From Octopus vulgaris (Eukaryota): a stretch of 64,000 nt of DNA. Positions 38,546 to 50,798 of this stretch are shown in pieces. The DNA is taken from the NCBI GenBank assembly GCA_951406725.2, contig OX597822.1, positions 87,668,001 through 87,732,000 of the forward strand. Direction: 5' to 3'. The notes below the pieces were generated by a model. That model ran no database searches, was not told where the DNA came from, and worked only from the letters and a program-made list of their open reading frames with translations. The position numbers were made by a program, and so were the translations under genes. Within the stretch, counting starts at the first letter, position 1. Each line of letters starts with the position of its first letter.

Positions 38546-39874
38546 TCAAATTGTCAATCTCCATAACTGGTGGTAATTCGTTAATTCAACTCCTACCCCA
38601 AACAGGTCTATACTATTTCCAAACAGTTCTTTCAATTTCATATATCCATCCTTGTCAATAATTATTCCCTTGGTATATTTGGAATATTTCTCCAGTGGCA
38701 ACCTTACTCTTCTGACCGATTTAAACTTCGTAATCTTCCACTCGATTGCTGTGTTTTTTGTATATGTGACCATATGCCACTTATTTTTTCTCTTTTGCTT
38801 CAGCGACAGACCTGGGCTGTTTGCATGAGGCATTCCATGTGATTTGTATTTTGGTGGACCAAAATAAACGTCAATCGCATAGCATCCCACATCATGTTGT
38901 ACTAATTTTTCTGCTTCCACTCTTACGTTCCTTTGTTGATTCTGTTAGTGTGTCACACCTATTCCTTTCTTCCTCCATCTCAATCTCCTTCATCCTCTTC
39001 TGGCTCTAAGGTGAGGAGCTCACCCATTCTTACCTTTTCCTTCTGTTCACAACAGTGAAAGACCCCTCCACTCCATCTTTGTCTCTTTCCGATACCACCA
39101 CTTTGGTACTGTTTTTCCCTTTTCAGCGCCTCCTCTTTGCTTTGTTTCTGGGGGCATCCTGCTTTCAAGTGCCTCTTTTGACCACATAAGAAACGTTGGT
39201 GGTCTTCCTTCCACCACTACTCTCAGTTGAACATCCTCTGGGAGAATGATTTCCTCTGTAATATTGTTCAGGTCTTTTAGGCTACTTCTATAGCCATCTC
39301 GAGGCCATACCCCCACCAATTAACCTTTTCTGTTCTCGTAATCTTAAGATTTTCACTTCATCTGCCATGTAAGACTGTTGCCACCAGCCATGCTTCATTA
39401 ATCTCGGGGGGCACTCTGCCTATTCTTACTTTAGCGACAGTAAGTCAGCAGAAGTACCCATTCTGCTGTTCTTATCGGTGTAGCGGAATGGTTTATCACG
39501 TCTTCTTTGCTAAACCTTATTTCCACTGTTCCGTATTTCTTCCCATGTGTATAAAATGTGGTAAGCCTCTTTATTTCCTTGAAACACTCCTCTATTGTCT
39601 CTATTGGGGCTACCTCTACCTTTATAGAGGACGTAGATAACGTTCTGTATACCACTGTCTTTTTTACCATGTTGTTTGTCAATTCTTGCAGTGAAGTCAG
39701 CCTTAAACTGGTTTCCTCCCTTTCTATTAATTTACTACTTTCCTTCCACTTTCTGGGCTCTATCTTAATTTCACGCACTTCCAAGGCGCTGGTCGATATT
39801 CCTTTACTTATGGCTAATGCATAACTTCCAATTGGCTCATTTTCTATATCTCCTCTTTTTCCTACTTCACCCAT
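38546..39874 (-). pseudogene. Frameshifted ORF1/gag-like protein with CCHC zinc knuckle
   Basis: Joined from ORFs 39431..39928, 39047..39319, 38980..39168, 38546..38920: GTVEIRF, VRIGRVP-PEINEAWL, LRVVVEGRPPT then xFLCGQKRHLKAGCP across one frameshift. Confidence 0.7.
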
Positions 39875-41396
39875 AGTTGGTGAAGAGAATAAATACAATA
39901 ACAGACAAAAATAGCAGCAATAGTTCAAAATTCAACAAAGTTAACAAATCCTAGGTTTACCCATATGGGGAAACCTTCAACAAGTATCACAAACAAACAG
40001 CTTACTCCAGAATCACGTGATTTGAACTCAAAACATAAAAAACACCTGTGACACCTTGGAAAGTCTGGAACCAAAAGACCTTGAGATGAAGAAAAGTTAG
40101 GTTTTTATATGGAGTCATAAGCTCAAAGCTGAGTAGAAAACAAGCTGTCACACGTGACCTTATTTAAAGTCTGCGACTGGTTGGGTTGCATATTGGCGTG
40201 AATAGAATAAGAGACAAATTGCGCCAATACCAACCTATCAGAGTAATGGACACAACAGGGTCCAAAATGCAGCCAAAGGCTAGCTGTTATCTACTACGTT
40301 CATATACATGTATATATAATAGAGAGGAGAGGAATTTCATTCCAGTGTACGCTACACTTTACAATGGGAAACAAGGAAGAACATTAGAAATTTTGAATGA
40401 ACAGTAAAATTAACTAATAAAAAAAAAATAAAATTTTATTATCAGCAATAAAAATGTCTACATGAAAATATCAACCAATTTTGGAACTCTAAAGTAAATA
40501 AGACAACTTTATCTGTTTTATATGCTAAGTCATCATAGTCTGGGTCAGTTCTTATTCAGAGTATCCACCTTCCAAGTAGGATCAGAGGACCAGATCTCAG
40601 TTTAAGTATGGTTTCTTAACACCTACCACCAGCACTAGAGAGATTGACCTGCTCTCAGAAAGTCCAAAGAGTCTTCTTGACCCAAGATCATTTCATCTGG
40701 ATTCACTGATAACTTTATCAATTTTACTTGGTGCATTTTCTTGTGGCATTAGCATTAGTGAGATCACCTTTTAACTCACAAAACTAAAGCTCCCCACCAC
40801 CACTAATCTGAAAGGCAGGATAGAAGAAGATAAGGATAAAAACTGAGCTTAAGGCAAGGTGGTGAGAAAAGTGAATGTATGATGCAAGGAACAGATTTAT
40901 TACTGTGACAGGATGGTAGTGGAGAAAATAAGATAAGAGATATTACTGGAGGTGTGAGTAATAGATGAGAAACAGTAGCACCGAAGATTAATGGGAGGGA
41001 GAGAGAGTAGGAGTAAATCCAGCACTATCCCTTATTATAGGAGTGAAGGTGTATAATAGAGAAAGATGAGAGGGTGACAAGGAAAGGGTGGAGAAGCCAA
41101 GAGAGGATCAGTGAAAGAGAGGCAGGAGGGTGTCACAGAGGAAAGAGGGGAATGCAGCAAGAACATCCCAGCCATGAAAATAGCCAGAAGTATTTCTCTC
41201 ATAACTTCTAACAAAATTTTTACCCTTTCTTGTTTACGAACAAACTTAGAAATTGTCACCTTCATTAACTTCCTTTAACATTACTGTGACACACTTTCGG
41301 ATTAAAGCTTTTAATCTCTTAGCATGAAATGATAGGAAAAGTAAAATTTTTCATATATGCATGAGCATGTTAATAGTTTGAAACTAGAAACTAAAA

Positions 41397-42181
41397 TATG
41401 ACATGCATTCAAAAATTATCTGATTTTATCCGATTTTATTTTTAGAGTACCGATGTGTAGTGTGTGCTCATCAGATTTTCATTTTTACTGAATACATCAA
41501 ACAGAAATATTGCATCAAGTTTTGCCAAAAGCTTGTTGATACTCAAGCTCAGACTATCCAGAAGATTCAGCAGGCCTTTGGTGATGCCATAGCCAAAACT
41601 CAGATAAAAGAGTGGTATAACTGCTTCAAATATAACCATACTTTAGTGGAGGCTGAGGCATGCTCATGTAGACCATCCACAAGCTGAAATGAGAAACTGA
41701 TTTGGTGACCATCATGTAACAATCCTCATGAACAATTGTTTATGAAGTGGGAATAAGCACAGGATTAGTGCATTCCATTTTAATGGAGGTTTTGTGCATG
41801 TGAAGAGTGTTGGCAAAATTCATCCCAAAGGTTCAAGTAGGGCAGTAGAAGCAACTCTGCATGGAAATCACTCAGGACATGCTGGACTGTGCAAACCATG
41901 ACCCAGGCTTCATGAAGACTACCATCACTGGTGATGAGACATGGGTTTATGGCTTTTGCTCAATGCATTCAGCCATCTGGTGTGAAAACAAAAATCCAAT
42001 GAGCACTCACTACATGTCTGTACTCTAGGCCTAACAGCCAGGAATTGACATCCAACTGGGGTGAAAATTTTCATACATGAGCAAGAAGGGTGGCATCACC
42101 TCACACCCAAAGGATTTTGCTCACATGGGATTAGTTTTCGCAGGAAAAAATAAGTTGGATGCTTTTTGAATGCACCATGTA
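41397..42181 (+). mobile_element. Internally deleted mariner element
   Basis: QKYCIKFCQKL, QIKEWYNCFK, RPSTS, ITGDETWVYG; imperfect TIRs TGCATTCAAAAA / TTTTTGAATGCA. Confidence 0.88.
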
Positions 42182-42464
42182 TGAGCAAACAAGTTACAAA
42201 TAAAACTGAAACCTTGTTGTACAGCAGAAATCCCAAATGTACCCATATGTGAATGTGGTATGGAATGGTGGATAAGATCTTATAAAAAAAATAGTAAATA
42301 AAACATTCATAGTTGAGTAACTTTCTCAGTTGTGATCAACATCGAAACTGAAATGAGCCAATCGCAATTGTTATTAAAACTGTCTCACATGCTAGTCCAA
42401 GGGAATGCAATAAAGGGAGAAAACACTGCAAAATTTAAAAAACCAACAATACAAGATTATTTAA

Positions 42465-42676
42465 CCCTTTAGCATTTAAACCGGCCAGACGTATTCTGCC
42501 TGTTTTATGTTCAAACTGGCCAGATCTGGTCTCTCACACCAACCCTACAATATCGTTTTAAAAATTAACAGCTACCTCATCAAAATCTCATAGCTACAAG
42601 ATTAATGAATGATTAGTTCAAAACAATGTGGATGAAAAGGCATTAACTTTGGCAGAATAATGTGAACACTAAAGGT
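42465..42676. mobile_element. piggyBac-type MITE
   Basis: TTAA|CCCTTTAG ... CTAAAGGT|TTAA; related inverted copy at ~44685-44905. Confidence 0.8.
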
Positions 42677-42929
42677 TTAATGAATTAAAAATGCCTAAAT
42701 CTACAAAGGTATTTTTCCCATGACATGCATAACATCATATGAACATTCACCTCCTCTCAACATCTAAATACAAAAATCAATAGTCAATGGGAAAGTCTAT
42801 ATTTTTTCTAGAAATAGTAGCCAAATTTCCTACAAATCACATCCTTACTGCCTTTAAAAACGAGGACATTGAGTAATGTAGTCTAGAAAAAGATATATGA
42901 CAGTCTTGTCAGTGAAAGTGGTTTTGCGA

Positions 42930-43850
42930 TGAGGAGTTGGAGAAAAAGGTTGAATCGTGCCATTTAAATGTACTTTGTAATCAGTACTATCTTTGATTTG
43001 CACCAAAGTGAAGTAAGTCCTTTGCTGTCAACTATCTTGTTGAATATCTACCAGAAAGGTTGATTGACAAAAGAAAACCTAGAATGATGGAGTATGTTGC
43101 ACTCGCATCTAATTGCATTTGAACTAGGTGTGCATTCAATTTAGAATTCATGTAATATAAATGTTCATTTGTTTCATAATTAAGATTCCAAGTTACTTCT
43201 TTGTCACATACATTAAACAATATGGACAAACCATGGAGAATGCAATAGTTTTGCAGAAATGGTCCAATTTACAACAGTTAAAACATCTCTTCCCATGTAA
43301 CAGAGAGAAGCCAGAAGAATGCAATAATCTACAATTGCATTAACGTTTAGTCTGGCTTGACTTAATAATTTGTTGCTTACTAGAGTTTCCCCTGGTAAGA
43401 GACCTCGCTAGTAGTGAAAAAATACCATTGTATTAGAACTTGTTTGTACTACTATTTCATAAGTAAATGCTTGCTTCAACTGCACCATTACTAGACGGTT
43501 AACAACAGACAAGTATTTGAGGCAAGAATCCTTTTGTTTGATCACAGTTGATTTTGTTCACAAAAGTCCATTTTTTAAGTTCTGCTTCTGGATCATCTTT
43601 CAATGTACAGAATTTCAATAGAGAAACATGGACATTGAGCCTCTCAGATGATAAGCCTGTCTTTCAGTTAGTTTTCAACTTTAACATTCAGTTAAACTCT
43701 TTACATGCTCAATTGAACAATATTGAATAGTTGTAGGATAAATCTTTCAGTTTGAAAGTTTATTGATGCCACATAATACATTGAATTTTGGCTTAATTTA
43801 GATGTATATCATCTATATATAGTTTTTTTTTTTTAGCTTAACTGTATCAG
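42930..43850 (-). mobile_element. Highly degenerate Ty3/Gypsy gag-protease remnant
   Basis: Minus strand in order: LKDRLII, GKRCFNCCKLDHF (knuckle), MQLDASATYSII (DTGA protease motif); boundaries approximate. Confidence 0.6.
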
Positions 43851-44684
43851 CCAAGCATGTTTCATCAACACTGTCAGATGTTAAGTGTTAGCATCATTAC
43901 AAGACGTTTGATTTGATGTCTGCAATAATTAAATAAGTCTATAATAATTAATGAACAAGTTCATTATAATAAATTTATTTAGCTTAGTAAACTCAGGTAA
44001 TTAGCAAGAGATCATACTGTAGGTAATTCAATAATAGGGGTAAGTTTAAATCCTTAAATGTCTGTTATAATATGTATCATGGTTCACCAATATTATCCAG
44101 GCAGCATACTAAAACTGTCACCAGGATAGCTTATTCAAGCTCATTTTTTACTGTAGATAATAAGCAATCAGAATACTATAAATATAACATGTCTAAATTT
44201 GCACAACTATTCAACCAGCTTTAGTATAAGAACAAATGTGGATGTACAAGAAATAAAGGAAATTATTTAGAGGTAGCAAAACTGGAGAAATTATATACAC
44301 CTCAACAATTCCTTTCCAAACGATCAATACGTAATCAATATATTTAAAGAGAAACAATTTGCGGAAGTTTTTTTTTATTGATTGTCATTAACTACATGGA
44401 TATAGGTTATAAACGTGAAAAATTGTCAATGTCACATATACAAACATCCCAGCTGTTTGGGGGCAAAATAAAGTAATGCAGTCATTGCAGAGTCTTCCTA
44501 CTTCAATCACTTTCAGTATAACATTATTTCTAGAATTTCTAGCAATCATGCTAGTATGTTTTATCTTTGAGGATAGAAAATTATTACAAATTATTAATAA
44601 TATAGAAAATAATTACAAAACAAGGTGAAAACATGTGACCTGTTAATTGTTAAAGATGTTGGGATAACAAACTGACATGTATAT

Positions 44685-44905
44685 TTAACACTTTGCATTG
44701 AGTTTACTCTGTCAAATGTAATACTTATTTATTCACATTGTTTTGAATGAATCATGCATTATCTCATAGTTTCAAGAGTTTGATGATGTGATTCCTCTTC
44801 ATTTTGAATGATAACAGAAGGAAGGTGTAGGAGGTCAAATCAGGCCTGACTGAACATAAGCCAGGTGGAATATTTAAGCTGGATATGACCAAATTAAATA
44901 CTCAG
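44685..44905. mobile_element. Degenerate piggyBac-type MITE, inverted relative to 42465-42676
   Basis: CACATTGTTTTGAA is the reverse complement of TTCAAAACAATGTG at ~42620; TGAACATAA vs TTATGTTCA. Confidence 0.65.
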
Positions 44906-44929
44906 TGTGTGTGTGTGTCTATATATATA

Positions 44930-44950
44930 AAAATAGATATCTATAAATGT

Positions 44951-44985
<35 letters not shown>

Positions 44986-45002
44986 TAGATATCTATAAAT
45001 GT

Positions 45003-45039
<37 letters not shown>

Positions 45040-45060
45040 TAGATATCTATAAATGTACAA

Positions 45061-45091
<31 letters not shown>

Positions 45092-45114
45092 TATAGATAT
45101 CTATAAATGTACAA

Positions 45115-45145
<31 letters not shown>

Positions 45146-45230
45146 TAGATATCTATAAATATACAAATATATATATATATATAAATATAGATATCTATAA
45201 ATATAAAAATATATACATACAAATATATAT
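44930..45230. repeat. AT-rich minisatellite, core AAATATAGATATCTATAAATGTAC plus variable (TA)n, ~6 units
   Basis: Read directly. Confidence 0.9.
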
Positions 45231-45480
45231 ACTGTGATTTATATGGGGGGGGCAGTGAAAATAAATAGACAAAATCCTTTCACTTTTATAAAAAGATTAA
45301 AAAGAAAACCCTACATACTAAAAAAACTATGTTCGTTTACGTGGGAGCTCTAGGAAAATGTTATAGTGCATGACATTCCTTGGGACATAAGTAATGTGTA
45401 CATAAAGTTTAGTGAAAATCGGTTGAGAATTGTGGAAATGTATGTGTTAGTCATTATACACATACTGCAATTTATATGTA
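45231..45480 (-). mobile_element. Non-autonomous Helitron-type fragment related to 1470-1710
   Basis: Shares AAATAGACAAAAT..TTTCACTTTTATAAAA, TATAGTGCATGAC, CCTTGGGACATAA and ACTGTGATTTATAT with the Helitron 5' region. Confidence 0.75.
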
Positions 45481-45574
45481 CAAAATATCGAGTTATGTAT
45501 ATATATATATATATATATATCTATCTATCTATATAACTATATATCTATCTATCTGTATATCTATATGTATCTGA

Positions 45575-46010
45575 AGTATTTCAGATTGCAAGACAGTGTG
45601 TGAGAGAAAACTGTGATGTCATAGGAGAGAAATGTGTCTGCATTTATGATGGTGCCCTCGCGTTTAATGATTCTACAAAGAAAGAGGCTTGGAGATGCCA
45701 TTATGAAAGACTGCTGAATGTGGAGAATGAATGGGAGGAGGAGAGTCTGCTAAATACAAAGTCTGTTCCGTGTTGGGCCTCATGGAGGCAAAGTGGCTAA
45801 GTTTCTTTTGAGTGTTGGGCCTCTCAGGGGCAATGACCAAGACCTTTGGCATTATGTTGTGCTTGACAAGAAGACCCATCAAGCCGAGCAAAATTGCAGT
45901 CATGGCAGATACTGGTATCACACCAGATAAAACCATGCCAAATGAGATTGGAGCCTGGCACAGCCTTCCAGTGTGCCAGCCCAGTCAAACTGTCCAACCC
46001 ATGCCTTAAA

Positions 46011-46060
<50 letters not shown>

Positions 46061-46085
46061 AAAGCAGATGTTAACTTATGATGAT
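45575..46085 (+). mobile_element. RTE fragments (internal piece plus 3' tail split by (TA)n)
   Basis: RENCDVIGEKCV...EAWRCHYERLLNVENEW; tail TCCAACCCATGCC...ATGGAAAGCAGATG. Confidence 0.75.
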
Positions 46086-47853
46086 ATATGTGCATATATT
46101 TGTGTGTGTGTAACCTTTCAAAATTCAACTAGTCAATCACATACAAAAAGTCAAGTGTGTATGTATGTTTGCCTGTGTGTGCCTTTGTGCATGTATGTAT
46201 GAGTGCACTTGCCTATGTGTGCATGTGCATGTGTGTGCACACGAGTGTGCATGTGAGTTCATAATCATTATTATTACAAGGAGAAGCACCAGACTCCAGG
46301 TAATTACCTTATAGTTTATTTCTATCATAGGCTCAGGGCTACTAAAGTGCAAAAAGGGTGCAATCAATTCCATTGATTCCAATACTTCAGGTGTTTATTC
46401 TATCAACCCCTGAAGGATGGAAGTTTGACCATAGCAGAATTTGAGCTCGGAATGTAAAGCGATATAACCAAAAACCACATCGCATTTTGTCCAATGCTCT
46501 TCAAATAGTACCAATAAAAACTGCATCTTCAAGAATTCAATTCCATATGTCTTTCTATTGCAGGGTATGTTTTGAGGGAGACTTAGCAGCAAAATCTTGT
46601 AGGTAGAGCAACTCCACAGAGGCTCCCTTAATGCCTCCTGTCCTAATATATAAATGTTGAGATATCCCTAATAACATTTACTTTTTTTTTTTCATTTCTG
46701 CAATAAGATATAAACTTATAGATTGAAAGAGAATCTATGTTTAAATACGCATCTAAAATTCACACTCGAGGAAGATGCCATGTAATGAGTTTCAATGCAC
46801 AAAATCATGAATCAAATTTCTTAACCATACATCTGTACAGTGAGTAGATCTCAGCCTGAATTTGGATTAGTGTATCCAGGACACAAGACTTGAATATTTT
46901 TCCCAAATGATATTCCTATTCATGACTAATGCTACAATTAATTACCTATGTTCCTATTGTTGTAAATCCACACTTATCACTCTTATGACTGGAAATTACA
47001 GAAGTGGGTTGTCATGTGACCGCTTGTTGTTTAACATAGTTAATCATCCTGGAAAAGGAAGTGGTTTATTTTTACTGAACTGTTCTGTATTATTAAATGT
47101 CATCACCATTACACAGCTGCTTTAGGAAACAGCCAAGTTTGCTATGCAACATGAAAAGTGAAATGCTTTAAACAAATTGCTATGATAACAAAGTTAGCCT
47201 ATCTATTTCCAAAAGGACTAAATTTCGATTAGGCTTTAGATTGTTCTTTTATTATATATTTATTGTTAGGACTATTAAAGAGATAAATAGTTAAACTATC
47301 TCTGGGAACTCTTATGGTGAACAATAAGTATTAGAGTGGTTTTGATTAGCAAGTGATTAATTACAAGAATGCCACTGATGGGTTTTTCCATCCAGATCTG
47401 GTTTTTTTGGAGCAATGATGGGTTTATGGGTTTTAATTTCCAAATTTACATAAAATCAGGGTTTTAAAGTTAATTTTGGCTGCAAACTTATCTTTTAAAG
47501 GAAATTTGGTGTCATACTCTTTGGATACAATTTCTACCAAAGTTGCACCTATTCTAAGACTTTGTAAACTTTCTATATATCTTGCATAATCATCTCATGC
47601 AATGAATTTATCAGGACAAATATTGTATATGACATAATTACCGAACATACGTGTTCATTATTTGTTTAAACTTGTATCATACTGGGCAACTACAAGTTAC
47701 AATGCATTGGTGACTACTTGTCTGAAACTATGACACCACCAGTTGACAGCTTGACTGTGTTGATGGTATACGCTTCAATTGTTACACATGATTTAAAATT
47801 TGTTTACCAACATTTTGAGTTAGTGAGTTTGTTTAGTAACCCATTGCAAAGTA

Positions 47854-50250
47854 ATGGCAGACGATAGTATGTCCAAAAAGAGGAAGTGGTACATCCAAAA
47901 TTTCAAGAAGTTGTGGTTGGAAGATGCTGAGCTTAAAGATTGGTTACAGCAAGATGATAAAAATCCTGACACCTGCTACTGTGTTTGTTGTGATGAAAAA
48001 TGCTAACAAATTAATGCTGTTAGCTCCTAAAAACACTTACAAACACAAGAAAGCTTTTGATTGTGAAAAATCTGCTACCAAATTAGCTTCAGTTATTGTT
48101 TAAAAAAAAAACAGATGGTACCTTAAATGAGAAGGGAGCTAAGACAGACTTGCTACTAACAGGTTATATAAATTATAAATTAACATCTATATAAATTACT
48201 TAGCTGAAATTTGTAAAAAGGCCTTTCCTGATAATGAAATAGCTAAAAATCTACAAATGAAAACAAAAAAAATTAACATACATTATGCAAGACAGAATTG
48301 CAAATTATGAATGAAATAAAATCTTGGAAATTCTCAAGAAACATTATTGATAGATGAGAGTACAGACATCTCAGTGACACAAATCTTAGCAATATTTGTT
48401 TAGTTTTTTGATGAACAATCGCTTAATATCAAGGATGCTCTACTGGATGGAATTGTAGTAAGAAAATGATTTGTCTCAGGGTTTGTACGATGCTGTCAAG
48501 TCTACACTCACAAAAGATGTGTCCATGGTTAACATACTTGGATTTGCTAGCGATAATTGCTCAACAAGATAGGTAACAAGAGCAGGTTTCAAAAGTTATT
48601 GAGAAACAATATTCTGACTGTATTTACAATAGGCTGTGTTTGCCATTTATTTGCACTTTAGTGAAGGTGTTACCTTTGTATTTCGAGTTCTTTTTAAAGG
48701 ACTTGACTTCTTACTTTTCTCAAAGTAGCAAATGACATCAATATGATACAAAGTGTTGTTGGCACAAAAGAAAACCAGATTCCAAAGCTTTCACAAACAA
48801 GATAGTTGTCACGTGAAAATGCAATTAAGGTTATAACAGAACAGTGGGATGTCCTTGCACTTTATTTTCAGTCAGAGGCTAAAGTAGAAAAAGTGGACAG
48901 AGCAAAAAAGATCTATGAAACAATGATTCTTATCTACTCTAGGCACAACACCCGAAATTTTGGGGGAGGGGCTAGTCAATTAGATCGCCCCCAGTATGCA
49001 AATGGTATAATTTATCAACCCCAAAAGGATGAAAGGCAAAGTCGATCTCAGCAGAATTTGAACTCAGAACATAAAGACAGATGAAATACTGCTAAGCATT
49101 TTGCCAGGCATACTAGCATTTCATATTTCTTTATTGCCCACAAGGGCTAAACATAGAGGGGACAAACAAGGACAGACAAAGGGATTAAGTCGATTATATC
49201 CACCCCAGTGCGTAACTAGTACTTAATTTATCGACCCCGAAAGGATGAAAGGCAAAGTCGACCTCAGCAGAATTTGAACTCAGAACATAACGGCAGACGA
49301 AATACCGCTAAGCATTTCACCCAGCATGCTAACGTTTCTGTCAGCTCGCCGCCTTATGAAACAACGATTAACAAAGGGATGAAGCACATGCTGCTCTTCT
49401 TACATTATATATTAAAGAAAGTAAATGCTCTTAATGTCGAGTTTCAATCGAAACACTTTCGACTGTATCTGTTGCATACACTCATATCCAATGAATATAA
49501 AAGTATACTTAGTTGCTTTATAAAAAAGGATGTTTTAGCCATATCTAAATTATCAGATATTGATCTTAATAACACAACAAATCACAAAGATATGAGTGAT
49601 ATTTACCTCTGTGGGGACACAACAAAATATCTAGAACAGAACCCCATTGTTAGTGACTCATCTAGATTCAAAACCAATTGCAAAAATTTTTCAGTAGAAT
49701 TATGCTCGCAAATAAAAATACGCTTTTCTCTCGATGAAGCTGGAGTGTTTGCCCTCTTAGAAACACTTGATCCAAAAGTAATGTGTGATCTCACTAACTC
49801 TCCTCAGTTGAGAATTCCCTTGGCATCAAACTTTCCAGCAATTGCACCAGAAAACACACTTGATGAACTAGACGATGAGTGGAAATTATTTCAGCAATAT
49901 AAAGAAGTTTCCATTTCCTCAAAAAGCATCCCAGAATTCTGGTATTCCATACGCAATCTTAAAGATGGGCTTGACCACTCTAAATTTGAGAGGCTGTCAC
50001 AATTCATGACCAATTTAACTGTGTTACATCATTCATCAGCATGTGTGGAGCACATATTTTCCCAAGTAGGTTACACAAAGACAAAGTTCACTAACTAATA
50101 GGTTGAAAGCCAAAAGATCACCGATCGTTTACTCACTAAACAAGCAGTTACAAGAAAGAGAGTGTCATACATTTTTTGAGAGCCAAACACTAAACTGATT
50201 AAAGATGTAGTGGATGGGTCTTGTCTTGTAAATATAGAAGTAGACTAAAC
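47854..50250 (+). pseudogene. hAT transposase pseudogene (N-terminal Zn finger, DDE core, dimerisation domain)
   Basis: MSKKRKWYIQNFKKLWLED..KDWL..CYCVCC, IDESTDISV, GFASDNCS, CVCHL, HSSACVEHIFSQV; many stops and frameshifts; SINE insertion. Confidence 0.9.
48929..49354 (-). mobile_element. Two tandem SINE B units within one TSD pair
   Basis: TSD TATGAAACAA(T/C)GATT at 48914-48928 and 49355-49369; two family B cores with different tails. Confidence 0.88.
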
Positions 50251-50798
50251 TTTAAAAAAAATAAAAGAAAATGAGTATCACCATTGAATGAGTGAATGAA
50301 GATAATGTGGATATGTACAAAATTGACAATTAGCTGTCATATGATATAAAGTATTAAATTCTGTATTCATTTTGTCATATAATATATTTTATCATTAAAT
50401 TACCAATTATATACCCATTTTTCTAACATCTGGGTTTATAAAATAGGATCTGGGTTTTTTTGGCAGCAAATAATCTGGGTGTTTTATTATTTGATGAATG
50501 GCAACCTTGATGAATGAGTATCTTTGGCATTTCTATTGCCTTCCATTTGATTGTTCACATTTTGAACAGACTCTAAAATGCTACTACCTATTTAACCAAA
50601 ACCTAGTATAATAGGGTCAAAACTAACAGCAGGTTTGTAACAAAATTATTGATTTCTAAGTGGAGTGCAAAAGCATCCAATTTGGAAGTGGGGGTACTGT
50701 CAACTTAATCAACTCGTTTTGACTGGTACATATATTTTGTGGAACCAGAAAGCTGAAAAGCTAATCTTGGTGGGATTTTAAAACCAAGCATAAAATAA

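Larger units (their letters stand above)
37998..40062 (-). mobile_element. ORF1-only non-LTR retroelement (HAL1-like, L1/Tx1-type ORF1)
   Basis: TSD GTCTGGAACCA(T/A)AAG at 37983-37997 and 40063-40077; A-rich tail AAATAAATA; single frameshifted ORF; no EN or RT motifs. Confidence 0.75.
37035..40356 (-). mobile_element. Unclassified CpG-retaining element, possibly a solo LTR, interrupted by SINE B and the ORF1-only element
   Basis: Minus strand has CCAAT, CACGTG and TATAAAA (~40100-40230) and AATAAA (~37145); candidate ends TGTAGCG and CGTCAC; no TSD found. Confidence 0.3.
47364..50509 (+). mobile_element. Near full-length degenerate hAT DNA transposon
   Basis: TIRs CAAGAATGCCA / TGGCAACCTTG; degenerate 8 bp TSD ATTAATTA / ATGAATGA; subterminal TGGGTTT repeats at both ends. 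Confidence 0.88.
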
